The notes beneath the pieces were generated by a model, which saw nothing but the letters and a program-made list of their open reading frames with translations, ran no database searches and was not told where the DNA came from. A stretch of DNA of 58,005 nt from an uncultured Oscillospiraceae bacterium (GTDB lineage: Bacteria; Bacillota; Clostridia; Saccharofermentanales; UBA5734), in contig CAZZGG010000001.1 of NCBI GenBank assembly GCA_964654125.1, positions 16,821 through 74,825 on the forward strand. The letters are read 5' to 3'. Each line of letters begins with the position of its first letter. The first letter of the stretch is position 1. Shown here one piece after another: positions 45,246 through 54,624 of the stretch. Position numbers and translations under genes: made by a program.

Positions 45246-46338
45246 GCAAATCCGCAATGCAGCTGCGATCGGGGCTGGCAACCGCCTGGCAGTGATACGC
45301 CTGCTCTGGCCAGAAGACTTAAGCCGGGCAGAACTGGCCCGGCGCACCGGCCTGACCCGGGCTGCCTTAACCATCATCTGTGACCAGTTACTGGACCAGG
45401 GTCTGATCCGGGAAAAAAGTGGCCGGCTGCTGGCTCTGGCCACAGATCAATTTCAGTTTATCGGGATAGATATCAGCCGCCACAGTATCCAGCTGGGTCT
45501 TTTAGATCTAGCTGGCCGGACTTTGGCCAGCCAGACTTTCAGTCCGGCTGATTTTACCTCTTTTGAGCAACTGGTTGCTGGTCTAGCGCGAGCAGCCCAA
45601 GCAATGCTGACTGGCCAGGTCAGGGGGGTTGGCGTCAGTGTGCCCGGACCGGTCGACAGTAAAAGCGGTCTGGTACTCAATCCGCCCCGCTTTGGCCTGC
45701 TCCAGCAAAAGAATATCCAGTTGGCCTTGAAGAAGCAGTTGGATCTGCCTTTACGGGTGGAAAACAATGCTGCTGCCAGGACCTTGTGGGAAAAGCATCT
45801 GGGTCAGGGCCGCTTTTATAATGACTTTATGCTTTTGATAGTAGATAGCGGCATCGGGGCTGGCCTGGTCCTGGATGGCCGGCTTTACCGCGGCTTTGGC
45901 TTTGCAGCTGAGGTCGGTCACATGTCACTTGATCCGGCTGGCCCACTGTGCGAGTGTGGTAACCGGGGTTGCCTGGAAAACTATGCTTCAACCAGCGCTG
46001 TGCTCGAAGGCAGTTCGTACAAGAGCTGGGTCAAGCTGGCCGAGGCTGCTGCGGCTGGTACGGAAAAAGCCCTGCAGCGGCTCAAGAACCAGGCTGATAA
46101 ACTGGCCCAGGCTATCATTAATGTGAGCAATCTTTTGGATCTGGAGGCTGTGATCATAACCGGAGATCCGGCCAGCCGGCCTGAGCAGCTGCTTGATTTG
46201 ATCAGCTGCCAGGTTGACAGCTTGCGCATCACCAGAAAAATCCATCCCCTGGCTCTTACCGCCACAGACTTCCGGCCTGATGCGGCTCTGGCTGCAGCTG
46301 CCATGATTGCTGTTGACAGTTATTTGGCCGAGCCGTGA
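45238..46338 (+). CDS. ROK-family transcriptional regulator (NagC/XylR-like)
   Basis: 366 aa. N-terminal wHTH (NRLAVIRLLWPEDLSRAELARRTGLTRAALTIICDQL). ROK Zn motif GHMSLDPAGPLCECGNRGCLE. 8-bp overlap with the kinase gene. Confidence 0.85.
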   Translation: MSRQIRNAAAIGAGNRLAVIRLLWPEDLSRAELARRTGLTRAALTIICDQLLDQGLIREKSGRLLALATDQFQFIGIDISRHSIQLGLLDLAGRTLASQTFSPADFTSFEQLVAGLARAAQAMLTGQVRGVGVSVPGPVDSKSGLVLNPPRFGLLQQKNIQLALKKQLDLPLRVENNAAARTLWEKHLGQGRFYNDFMLLIVDSGIGAGLVLDGRLYRGFGFAAEVGHMSLDPAGPLCECGNRGCLENYASTSAVLEGSSYKSWVKLAEAAAAGTEKALQRLKNQADKLAQAIINVSNLLDLEAVIITGDPASRPEQLLDLISCQVDSLRITRKIHPLALTATDFRPDAALAAAAMIAVDSYLAEP

Positions 46339-46430
46339 GAGGATTTGTTGTCTTTAGAGGCATTATGATACAGAAAGTCTAATTAGAGCGTGCTATCCTT
46401 GCAGCAAGAAAGACTAAGGAGGTCGAAAAA

Positions 46431-47240
46431 ATGCGCTATATTAGATTAGTTCTGCTTTTAATACTACCAATGGCACTGCTCCTTACTGCTTGTAGCCCGG
46501 CTCAAGATAAAGCCAAGCTGGTTGTCGGTATGGAACTGGCTTATCCGCCCTTTGAAATGACGGATGAACAAAATAACCCGGCTGGGCTCAGCGTTGAATT
46601 TGCCAAGGCTCTGGCGGCTGATTTAGGTCGTGAGCTGGTGATTGAGAATATGGCCTGGGCTGGCCTCATCCCCTCCTTGGAGACAGGCAAGATAGACCTG
46701 ATCATATCTTCGATGACCATTACCGCAGAAAGGGCAGAAAGAGTTGATTTTTCTGAGCCCTATGCTGTGGCTAATCTGGGTCTTTTGATCAATAAGGATT
46801 CACCGGTGACCTCATATGCTGATCTGGACCAGGAGGGCCGCACAGTTGCTGTCAAGAAGGGTTCAACTGGTCATATTTATGCGGAAAAGAACCTGAAAAA
46901 TGCCACTATCATGGTCTTTGACAAAGAAAGTGTCTGTGTCCTGGAAGTTGTCCAGGGCAAGGCCGATGCCTTCACTTATGGCCAGCTGACCGTTTATCGC
47001 AACTGGCAGCAGTATCCGGATCAGACCCGGGTCAATCTGGAGCCCTATCAGGATAATCCGGAATACTGGGCCGTTGCCCTGGGCAAGGATCAGCCTGAAT
47101 TAAAGGCAAAGATCAATAACTTCATAAAAAGCTTTCGCAGTGAAGGTGGTTTTGATAAACTGGCAGAGCAGTATCTGCCTGAGGAGAAAAAGGCTTTTGA
47201 GGATCTGGGCATCCCGTTTTTCTTTTCAATTGGAGAGTGA
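46431..47240 (+). CDS. Polar amino-acid ABC transporter substrate-binding lipoprotein
   Basis: 269 aa. Lipobox LLTAC. MELAYPPFEM and SSMTITAERAERVDFSEPY. Confidence 0.85.
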   Translation: MRYIRLVLLLILPMALLLTACSPAQDKAKLVVGMELAYPPFEMTDEQNNPAGLSVEFAKALAADLGRELVIENMAWAGLIPSLETGKIDLIISSMTITAERAERVDFSEPYAVANLGLLINKDSPVTSYADLDQEGRTVAVKKGSTGHIYAEKNLKNATIMVFDKESVCVLEVVQGKADAFTYGQLTVYRNWQQYPDQTRVNLEPYQDNPEYWAVALGKDQPELKAKINNFIKSFRSEGGFDKLAEQYLPEEKKAFEDLGIPFFFSIGE

Positions 47241-47258
47241 CGAGGAGAGATTATATTC

Positions 47259-47996
47259 ATGGTGAAAAAGGCGCTCAGCATCCTGCTCTTGACAGCCTTG
47301 CTGGCCAGCTTGTTTTTTTATGCTGTAGCCAGCCTTAATCACAACTGGCAGTGGCAGGTGTTGCTCGACTACCGTTATAAGTTTGCTTTTGGTTTCATGA
47401 CAACCCTCCTGATCAGTCTCTTTTCCCTGGGCGGTTCCTTGATTCTGGGTATCCTGGCAGCTTTAGGCCGGCGCTCCAAAGTCCACTTCTGGCGTTATCT
47501 GGCCACAGTTTATGTCGAGATTATCCGGGCCACGCCTTTGCTGGTCCAGATGCTGGTGCTTTTTTATATCATCGGGACAGCCTATCGCCTGACTAACCGC
47601 TATGCCATGGGTGTTTTGATTTTGTCTCTTTTTGCTGGTGCCTATGTGGCCGAAATCATTCGTGGCGGCCTGGAGAGTATACCCTCAGCCCAGCTCGAAA
47701 CGGCCAGGTCGCTCTGCTTTAGTCCGGCGCAGACCTACCGCTATATTATCATCCCCCAGCTGAGCCGGATTGTTCTGCCGCCGCTGACCGGCCAGTTTGC
47801 CTCCCTGGTCAAGGACTCATCACTTTTGTCCTTCATTGCTGTCAATGAGTTCACCAAGATGGTTATGGAGGCTGATTCGATTAATTTTGCCACCTTTGAG
47901 AATTATATCCTGCTGGCGGCAGGCTATATGCTGATCACTTTGCCGATTGCCTGGTTGACCAGACGCCTGGAAAGGAAGTTGACTTATGCAAATTGA
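47259..47996 (+). CDS. Polar amino-acid ABC transporter permease
   Basis: 245 aa. RATPLLVQM and the EAA-type region LETARSLCFSPAQTYRYIIIPQ. Confidence 0.85.
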   Translation: MVKKALSILLLTALLASLFFYAVASLNHNWQWQVLLDYRYKFAFGFMTTLLISLFSLGGSLILGILAALGRRSKVHFWRYLATVYVEIIRATPLLVQMLVLFYIIGTAYRLTNRYAMGVLILSLFAGAYVAEIIRGGLESIPSAQLETARSLCFSPAQTYRYIIIPQLSRIVLPPLTGQFASLVKDSSLLSFIAVNEFTKMVMEADSINFATFENYILLAAGYMLITLPIAWLTRRLERKLTYAN

Positions 47997-48726
47997 GATC
48001 AAGCATCTGACCAAGACCTATAAAGGTCAGGCAGCCTTGTCTGACCTTTCCTTAAGCCTGACTGATGTTCATTCTTTGGGGATTATCGGGCCTTCCGGCG
48101 GTGGCAAGACAACCTTATTGCGTGTGCTGGCCGGTTTGGAAACCCCGGACAGTGGCGAGCTGGTTTTAAATGGCAAAGCGATTGATTTTAGTAAAGACAA
48201 GTTGCTGGAGCACCGCAAGAGAATCGCTATGGTTTTTCAGTCCTACAATCTCTTCATCCATCTGACAGCTTTGCAAAACATCACCCTGCCACTGGTTAAA
48301 ACACGTCAGATGGCTCCGGCCCGGGCCAGGCAAGAAGCGATTGAGCTGCTGGAGCGCTTTGGCCTGGCCGATCATCTGGATAAATACCCCGGCCAGCTGT
48401 CCGGCGGCCAGAAACAAAGGGTAGCCATCGCCCGGGCCCTTTCTTTAAAGCCAGAAGTGCTTTTATTTGATGAGCCCACCTCGGCGCTGGATCCGGAAAT
48501 AACAGCTGAAATCCTTGATGTGATCAATGGCCTGCGCCTGGCGAAAAAGGACCTGATCCTGGTCACCCATGAGATCGGCTTTGCCAGGCATGCCTGTGAG
48601 CATGTCGCCTTTGTCAGCGATGGCCGCGTTGTCACACACGGCCCCAGCGATGTTTTATTCGAAAAAGATGAGCCGGAGGAGTTTCGCCATTTTGTCAGCC
48701 GGATCATCAGTTGGAAAACGACCTGA
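47986..48726 (+). CDS. Polar amino-acid ABC transporter ATP-binding protein
   Basis: 246 aa. Walker A GPSGGGKTT, LSGGQKQRV, LLFDEPTSALD. Confidence 0.9.
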   Translation: MQIEIKHLTKTYKGQAALSDLSLSLTDVHSLGIIGPSGGGKTTLLRVLAGLETPDSGELVLNGKAIDFSKDKLLEHRKRIAMVFQSYNLFIHLTALQNITLPLVKTRQMAPARARQEAIELLERFGLADHLDKYPGQLSGGQKQRVAIARALSLKPEVLLFDEPTSALDPEITAEILDVINGLRLAKKDLILVTHEIGFARHACEHVAFVSDGRVVTHGPSDVLFEKDEPEEFRHFVSRIISWKTT

Positions 48727-49419
48727 TCAGACCCTGACGATTTTCACTTCGCCAAAATTGATGCCGCCTGCCAATACCAGCTTGCAGCCGCCTTCTGCAG
48801 CTCCCTTCTGGCTGTCATTGACCTCGCCGGCAAAGCTGTTCATCTGGCTGTCAACCTGCCAGGAACGCGGGATATTAAGGACAATACCGGCGAAATTGGC
48901 ATTAATATTGACAAGTATATGGGGCACAGCCGGATTGCATTGTTCCAGATAGATCCTGACCGAGGCAAAGTTGCCGCTGATATTAATCTGTTTTAGGTAT
49001 TCTGACTTAATATATTTGATCTGTTCGCCAAAGCTGCTTGAGATGTTGACTTCTTCCTCATCGGTCAGCTCTTCAGTGTGGCTCAGCCTTCTTTTACGGT
49101 GCAAACGGAAAGTGCGTCCTCTTTTGCCAAACAAGGCAGACAGACCTAGGCTGATTACAATCGTGGCTGCCAGCAGGAGCCAGAAGTCCAGCTTGGCCAG
49201 GCCCAGCGGTAAACGCCAGATATAAAGCAACAGGGCCAGGGGTAAAAGACCTAAAAAGAACTGCAGCTGGTAAAAGCCGGTGGCAGCCAGGCCGAGCAAT
49301 AAGGTGCTGCCGACCAGGCGGACCAGGCCGAGCTGGTCGCCAATGCCTAAAGAACTGAGCAGTAGTAAAATGCCGCAGGCCACTGCCAGGATACCCCAGA
49401 TAAGCTTAGATATTTTCAT
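48727..49419 (-). CDS. Membrane protein with LiaF-like C-terminal domain; probable partner/inhibitor of the upstream LytTR protein
   Basis: Start taken at ATG 49419 (GAGGT RBS; the track ORF starts at 49434). About 4 TM segments, then a repetitive beta-type C-terminal region (ISGNFASVRIYL..., NINANFAGIVLNIP..., GGINFGEVKIV). Overlaps the LytTR gene end by 14 bp. Confidence 0.55.
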   Translation of the reverse strand: MKISKLIWGILAVACGILLLLSSLGIGDQLGLVRLVGSTLLLGLAATGFYQLQFFLGLLPLALLLYIWRLPLGLAKLDFWLLLAATIVISLGLSALFGKRGRTFRLHRKRRLSHTEELTDEEEVNISSSFGEQIKYIKSEYLKQINISGNFASVRIYLEQCNPAVPHILVNINANFAGIVLNIPRSWQVDSQMNSFAGEVNDSQKGAAEGGCKLVLAGGINFGEVKIVRV

Positions 49420-49873
49420 ACAGATACCTCTCATTCATTTTGCGCAGCAATTCACTGCTGTAGTTGCGCGAACCGTAGATCTCTTTGTGTGAGTTGCGAA
49501 AGGAGATCAGGTTGACCCTGGTCAGGCTTTTCTGGATGGAAAAGATCAGCAGGGTGTTGGCCAGGCAAAAGCGGGAGACCCGGACAAAATAGGCCGGCAG
49601 CATATTTTCCAGTTCATAAAGGCGTTGCCTGACACTGTAGGCGGCATCCCTGGTGTGGGCATAGACCTGGTTGGCTTCGGTTTCAAAAAACAAGATCTCC
49701 GCCAGGGACAGGTAATACTGCTGATCGTCTTTGAAAAACTCCAGCTGGAGGTCTGTATTATGTTGCTGCTCCAGCTGCCTGATGATGTTTTCTAATTCAG
49801 GCGTCAGCTTGTGGCAGTAGATCACTATTTCTTCCTTTTCAGTTGCTGCGACTATTTCCAGCCTGACCTGCAT
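49406..49873 (-). CDS. Stand-alone LytTR-domain DNA-binding protein (no receiver domain)
   Basis: 155 aa. LytTR-like block ILFFETEANQVYAHTRDAAYSVRQRLYELENMLPAYFVRVSRFCLANT. Confidence 0.75.
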   Translation of the reverse strand: MQVRLEIVAATEKEEIVIYCHKLTPELENIIRQLEQQHNTDLQLEFFKDDQQYYLSLAEILFFETEANQVYAHTRDAAYSVRQRLYELENMLPAYFVRVSRFCLANTLLIFSIQKSLTRVNLISFRNSHKEIYGSRNYSSELLRKMNERYLYENI

Positions 49874-50062
49874 ATTCGCTACCTCACATCAATTATTATA
49901 AGTAGAATTCTGATCTGGCAAAGGGCTTGGGCGGCCAGTGGGCTGATTTAGCCCCCGAAAGGGCCGGGAATCAGGCTTAAAAGACTGCTTGCTGCTTGAT
50001 TGACTTGCTCTGGGCTCTTGGTTAGACTGGGAACTGACTTGAAAAAGGAAGGTGCTTTTTAA

Positions 50063-51217
50063 ATGAGTGTCCAGCCAGCCCGGCCCAGCAGGGTGATTAA
50101 TGGTGTCAGTTATTTGACAATGATCTTTTTAGGTGTCTATCTTTCAGTATATCAAAGTGTGCTGGGTGATATAGGGGCTGATTTTAAACTAAGTGCCGCC
50201 CTGACCGGTTTGATGATCTCTTTTCATTTTCTGGGTTCTTTTTTACTGCCCCTGCTTTTAGGTGAAGCCGGGGATCATCTGGGTACAAAGCCGGTAGTGC
50301 TGGCTAGCTTTGCCCTCCTGACCGGCGGCATCCTGCTGGTGGCGCTCAGCCGGTCACACCTGGTCTTTTTGGCAGCCACCCTGTTGATTGGCGGCGGTTT
50401 TGCCGTGATTGAAGGTCTTTTGACCGGCCTTTTAGCCCTGGCCAATCCGCAGCGGGTCAATGCTGTGATGAACCTGTCCCAGATGTATTTTTGCCTGGGG
50501 GCTGTAGCCGGACCCTTTGTGGCCTGGCTGACCCGGCAGCTGGGTCTGGCCTGGCGCAGCAATTACTTCCTGATGGCGGCCATCTTTGCCCTCTGCCTGC
50601 TCCTGATGGCCCGCCAGGAACTGCCTGTTTATAAAACAGAGCCGATCAAGGGCCTTTATTTAAAACAGCTGGGCAAGAGCTCATATTTTATCGTTTTGCT
50701 GTTGGCTATCTTTTTGTATGTCGGGGTTGAGGAGGGCGCTGCTTTCTGGGTGACCCACTATGTTGAAGCAACCAGCCAAACCCTGATCCCAGCCGGTTTT
50801 TTCCTGGCGGCCTATTGGCTGGGCATGGCCCTGGGCCGGCTTTTCTTCAGCCGCTTGCGTGAGCGTTATAACAGCTGGTTGATCGGAGGCCTGGTTCTGG
50901 CCGGGATCTTTGTCAGTCTCTTTTTGTTTGGTGGCAGTGCGCCGCTCAAGCTGATCTGGCTTTTCATGGTGGGCTTTGGCTTTGCGCCAGCCTGGCCGGT
51001 CCTGATGATGCAGGCCAGCGAACATGGCTCGGCTGCTCCTAATACCGCCATGGGGGCCATGATGGCTTCCGGTGCTTTTGGCGGTATGGTGGTGCCTTAT
51101 TTGCTGGGCCAGCTATCGGATTGGACCGGCCTGCAAAATGCTATGTTTTTGCTGCTGGCCCTGGTCGCTCTCTTGACCGGTCTCTTGCTCCTCAAGGGGA
51201 AAAAGCATAGAATTTAA
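50063..51217 (+). CDS. MFS transporter
   Basis: 384 aa with about 12 TM segments. AAGGAAGG RBS. Confidence 0.85.
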   Translation: MSVQPARPSRVINGVSYLTMIFLGVYLSVYQSVLGDIGADFKLSAALTGLMISFHFLGSFLLPLLLGEAGDHLGTKPVVLASFALLTGGILLVALSRSHLVFLAATLLIGGGFAVIEGLLTGLLALANPQRVNAVMNLSQMYFCLGAVAGPFVAWLTRQLGLAWRSNYFLMAAIFALCLLLMARQELPVYKTEPIKGLYLKQLGKSSYFIVLLLAIFLYVGVEEGAAFWVTHYVEATSQTLIPAGFFLAAYWLGMALGRLFFSRLRERYNSWLIGGLVLAGIFVSLFLFGGSAPLKLIWLFMVGFGFAPAWPVLMMQASEHGSAAPNTAMGAMMASGAFGGMVVPYLLGQLSDWTGLQNAMFLLLALVALLTGLLLLKGKKHRI

Positions 51218-51240
51218 GTGACTAGCTCAAGGAAAAGGAA

Positions 51241-52851
51241 GTGACCTTTTTGCGTACACTAATCAAAAACGGCCGTATTATTGATGGTTCAGGCCAGCCG
51301 GCTTTTCTGGCTGACCTGCTCCTGGCAGATGAATTGATCCTGGCTGTCCTGCCCAAAGACCAAGCTGGCAGCGCCAGCCCAGCTGCCGACCAGCTGATCG
51401 ATGCCAAGGGCCTCACTCTCACGCCTGGTTTCATCGACGGCCACCGCCACGGTGATCTGGCAGCCCTGACAGATCCGGATTATGGCCATTTAGAACTGGC
51501 CCAGGGCATCACCAGCGTGGTTAACGGCAACTGTGGCATGAGTCTTTTCCCCACAGTTGCAGCAAGCAGACAGGAGTGGCACCGCTTTTTAGAACCCTGT
51601 CTGGGCCGGTCCAACCAGGGGCTGGAACTGGCTGATTTTGCCACTTATGCAGAAAAATTGGCCCAGACCAGTCCGCGGCTTAACGTTGCCAATCTGGTCG
51701 GAACAGGAGCAGTCAGGACAGCAGTCAAGGGCATGGCTGCAGAACCATTCACTCAAGCTGAACTGGTCCAGGCGGCCAGGCTGCTGGACCAGGCCCTGAC
51801 AGAGGGTGCGCTTGGGGTTTCGGCCGGGATCATGTATGTGCCGGAGTGTTACACCAGCCCGGCTGAGTACGCTGCCATCCTAGAACCTGCTGCAAAAAAA
51901 GGCGCCCTGCTTTCCTGCCATGTGCGCGGTGAAGGTGATGGGCTGGTTGATTCTATTCGGGAAATTGTGACTATTTGCCAAAAACTGGACCTGCGCCTTA
52001 ATATCAGTCATTTTAAATCGGTTGGCATTAAAAACTGGCAAAGACTGATCCATGCAGCCATAACTGTCCTGGAAAATTCAGGTCTTGATTTCAGTGTCGA
52101 TTTTTATCCTTATCTGGCCGGTTCGACCACCCTGCTTTCCTTGTTGCCACCGGTTATTATGCGGGAAAATCTGGCTGCGACGCTGGACTGGCTGGACCGG
52201 CCTGCTGGCCGGGACCAGCTGCGCCGTGAACTGGCCCAGGACCAGCCTGGCTGGGATAATCATGTGGCCAGCGTCGGTTGGGACAGGATTATACTAAGTT
52301 CAGCCAGCAGTGCAGAAAATGAGCCCTGGCTGGGCAAATCGATTACTGAAATAGCCACTGCCAAGTCACAGGACCCTGTCCAGGTCACGTGTGACCTGCT
52401 CAGCTCGGAAAAGGGCAATGTGACCATTATCACCAGATCCATGGACCAGACTGATCTGGAGACCATTGCCCGCCTGCCTTGGGCCATGTTGGTGTCCGAC
52501 GCTCTATATGGCGGATCTGGAAAACCGCACCCGCGTCTTTACGGAGCCTTCCCCCGGGCTATCCGCCAGCTGGTCTTTGCAAAAAAGATCCTCAGCCTGG
52601 AAGAGGTTGTCTATAAAATGACAGGCCTGCCGGCTCAGCGGCATGGCCTGAAAAAACGTGGCTTGATCAAGCCGGGTTATTTTGCAGATTTGAATATTTT
52701 TGATCCTGCAGTGTTTACGGATCAGGCGGATTACAAGCAGCCCCGCCAGTTGGCAGTGGGCCTGGAGCAGGTGCTTGTCAATGGAGTGACTGCCTATGCA
52801 GATAATCAGCTGAGTTCGGCTAGAAATGGCCATGTTCTCAAACGATCTTAA
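51241..52851 (+). CDS. N-acyl-D-amino-acid deacylase (D-aminoacylase) family amidohydrolase
   Basis: 536 aa. LIKNGRIIDGSG, TPGFIDGHRHGD and a C-terminal ADLNIFDP motif. Start is uncertain (GTG 51241 or TTG 51250). Confidence 0.75.
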   Translation: MTFLRTLIKNGRIIDGSGQPAFLADLLLADELILAVLPKDQAGSASPAADQLIDAKGLTLTPGFIDGHRHGDLAALTDPDYGHLELAQGITSVVNGNCGMSLFPTVAASRQEWHRFLEPCLGRSNQGLELADFATYAEKLAQTSPRLNVANLVGTGAVRTAVKGMAAEPFTQAELVQAARLLDQALTEGALGVSAGIMYVPECYTSPAEYAAILEPAAKKGALLSCHVRGEGDGLVDSIREIVTICQKLDLRLNISHFKSVGIKNWQRLIHAAITVLENSGLDFSVDFYPYLAGSTTLLSLLPPVIMRENLAATLDWLDRPAGRDQLRRELAQDQPGWDNHVASVGWDRIILSSASSAENEPWLGKSITEIATAKSQDPVQVTCDLLSSEKGNVTIITRSMDQTDLETIARLPWAMLVSDALYGGSGKPHPRLYGAFPRAIRQLVFAKKILSLEEVVYKMTGLPAQRHGLKKRGLIKPGYFADLNIFDPAVFTDQADYKQPRQLAVGLEQVLVNGVTAYADNQLSSARNGHVLKRS

Positions 52852-52882
52852 AAAAAGGCGCTCAGGCGCCAGGAGGTTTATT

Positions 52883-53359
52883 ATGAGTGAAAAACATGAT
52901 GTTTATGCCAAGCTAAAGGATCTAGGCCTAAAGCTACCTCAGCCGCCACCGCGAGGTGGTGTCTACCAGCCAGCCAAGGCTTTTGCCTCCAATCTGGTTT
53001 ACATCTCTGGTTGTGGTCCGGCTATTGCCGGCCAGGCCAGCCTGGGTAAGCTGGGCCTTGACCTGACCATTGAACAGGGCCAGGCTATGGCCAAAAACTG
53101 CATGCTGAATGTACTGGCAGTGCTGGAGGCTTTCTTAGGGGATTTGAACAGAGTGCGCCAGGCTGTCAAGATTACAGTTTTTGTGGCTGGCAGTGCCGAG
53201 TTTTATGAACAACCAAAAGTAGCCAACAGCGCCAGCGCCCTGCTGGCAGACCTATTCGGTGAGCAGGAGGGAACGCCGTCGCGGTCGGCTATTGGTGTCA
53301 ATGCTTTGCCGGGCAATATTCCTGTTGAAATAGAAGCCCTTTTTGAAATTAATAACTAA
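52883..53359 (+). CDS. RidA/YjgF-family protein
   Basis: The track ORF starts at 52826. AGGAGG RBS precedes ATG 52883 (MSEKHDVYAKL). C-terminal RSAIGVNALPGNIPVEIEALFEI is typical of the family. Confidence 0.75.
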   Translation: MSEKHDVYAKLKDLGLKLPQPPPRGGVYQPAKAFASNLVYISGCGPAIAGQASLGKLGLDLTIEQGQAMAKNCMLNVLAVLEAFLGDLNRVRQAVKITVFVAGSAEFYEQPKVANSASALLADLFGEQEGTPSRSAIGVNALPGNIPVEIEALFEINN

Positions 53360-53364
53360 CTGGT

Positions 53365-54018
53365 TTAAGCTTCTTCAGTTGTAGCAGTTTCTGCATCAAC
53401 CAGCTCAGGTTCGGGTAGGTCAGCGGCTTCTGCTGCTTCATCTGTCTCCGGCTCTTCTTCGACACGCGGAGGCAGGATATTAACCAGCATCTCATCGGAG
53501 GCAGTGACAGCTTCGCAGCCTTCCGGCAAAGTGATGTCACCTAGAACAATCGCATCGCCGATGGCCATGCTACTGATATCGACCCGGATATTTTCTGGAA
53601 TTGCCAGTGGTGTGCTCAGGATGGTTATCTCATAGATAGGCTGGGAGATGACACCGTCATCGTTAACCCTGCTATCCTGGCCCACCAGCACCACTGGTAC
53701 GCTGACTTCGATCTTCTCATCCAGCGAAACCAGCATTAGGTCGACATGCTGATAGACATCTTCTTTGATCAGGTCTCTTTGCAAATTCTCAACCATAGCC
53801 GGCTTTTTTTCGTCAGCTAGGTGTAATTCGAGCAGGACGTTACGGCCAGCTGGTGTGTTAAGAGCCCTGACCAGCTCTTTGGCATCCAGTGTGATCGGCA
53901 AAGAATATTGCTTGCTGCCATGCAAAACAGCCGGGATCTTACCGGAAGTCCGCAAGGTACGTAAGTAGCCCTTGCTGGAGAGCTCTCTTTTTTCTACTTT
54001 TAAAGGTATTAAATCCAA
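53365..54018 (-). CDS. rplY: 50S ribosomal protein L25 / general stress protein Ctc
   Basis: 217 aa. RELSSKGYLRTLRTSGKIPAVLHG at the N-terminus, a Ctc-type two-domain length and an acidic C-terminal tail. Confidence 0.85.
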   Translation of the reverse strand: MDLIPLKVEKRELSSKGYLRTLRTSGKIPAVLHGSKQYSLPITLDAKELVRALNTPAGRNVLLELHLADEKKPAMVENLQRDLIKEDVYQHVDLMLVSLDEKIEVSVPVVLVGQDSRVNDDGVISQPIYEITILSTPLAIPENIRVDISSMAIGDAIVLGDITLPEGCEAVTASDEMLVNILPPRVEEEPETDEAAEAADLPEPELVDAETATTEEA

Positions 54019-54624
54019 AATGATTCACCTGTCTTTCACTTAAAATTCTAGGCCATTATAGCCTATTTTGCTGGCTTGGTCAAAAAAAACTGACGTGCCC
54101 GGCGCTCTCGTTAAAAGAAAAAAATGGAAATAAAGAGAAGGCCTCCCTCTTAACCAAGTCTTCTATCTGGCGCGTTGGACAAAAATTACATATTCCTCGA
54201 ACAGGAGATGTGCACGGCAAAATTTCTTAAGATTACGCTTCCTCTGTTTTAGGCAGAGAATTCGCTGTCTTTGGTAGTGCACAAAACTCAGAGTCTGGCA
54301 ACAAAAGAGTTTTCAGCTGTTATTTCCAGCTTCGCATTGAGGCTATAGGGAATGCGCACGATTGAAGTCTTCATTGAATTTTTGTCTGACAGGGAGCTGG
54401 CAAATGCCTGTGCCGTTGAGTAATCATTTTCACAAAACTCAAGCTGAATCCAGCTGGTCTTTACGCGGTTTAACAATTTGTGCTTGCACATGAAAGAGAG
54501 GCTGCTTTGGATGCAGCACCTGCCTAATGGAGAAAAGCAAAAGGCTTTTTCTAACAGCTTGTTAAGTGTCCATTAGCTACTGACATATAAACTAAGCTGA
54601 CTAAAGGCGCCCAGCTAGTTATGG

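Noticed and set aside
44439-45443. 334-aa minus-strand ORF spanning the kinase/ROK junction
   Set aside because: It is antisense to two well-supported, motif-bearing plus-strand genes. Its product is low-complexity and rich in Arg, Ser, Gly and Gln, with no RBS. This is typical of a shadow ORF in GC-rich coding DNA.
54288-54491. 67-aa minus-strand ORF in the large intergenic gap
   Set aside because: There is no SD upstream (…CAGCCTCTCTTTC-ATG), no recognisable motif, and the region has atypical composition. I kept it only as part of the unexplained-gap finding.
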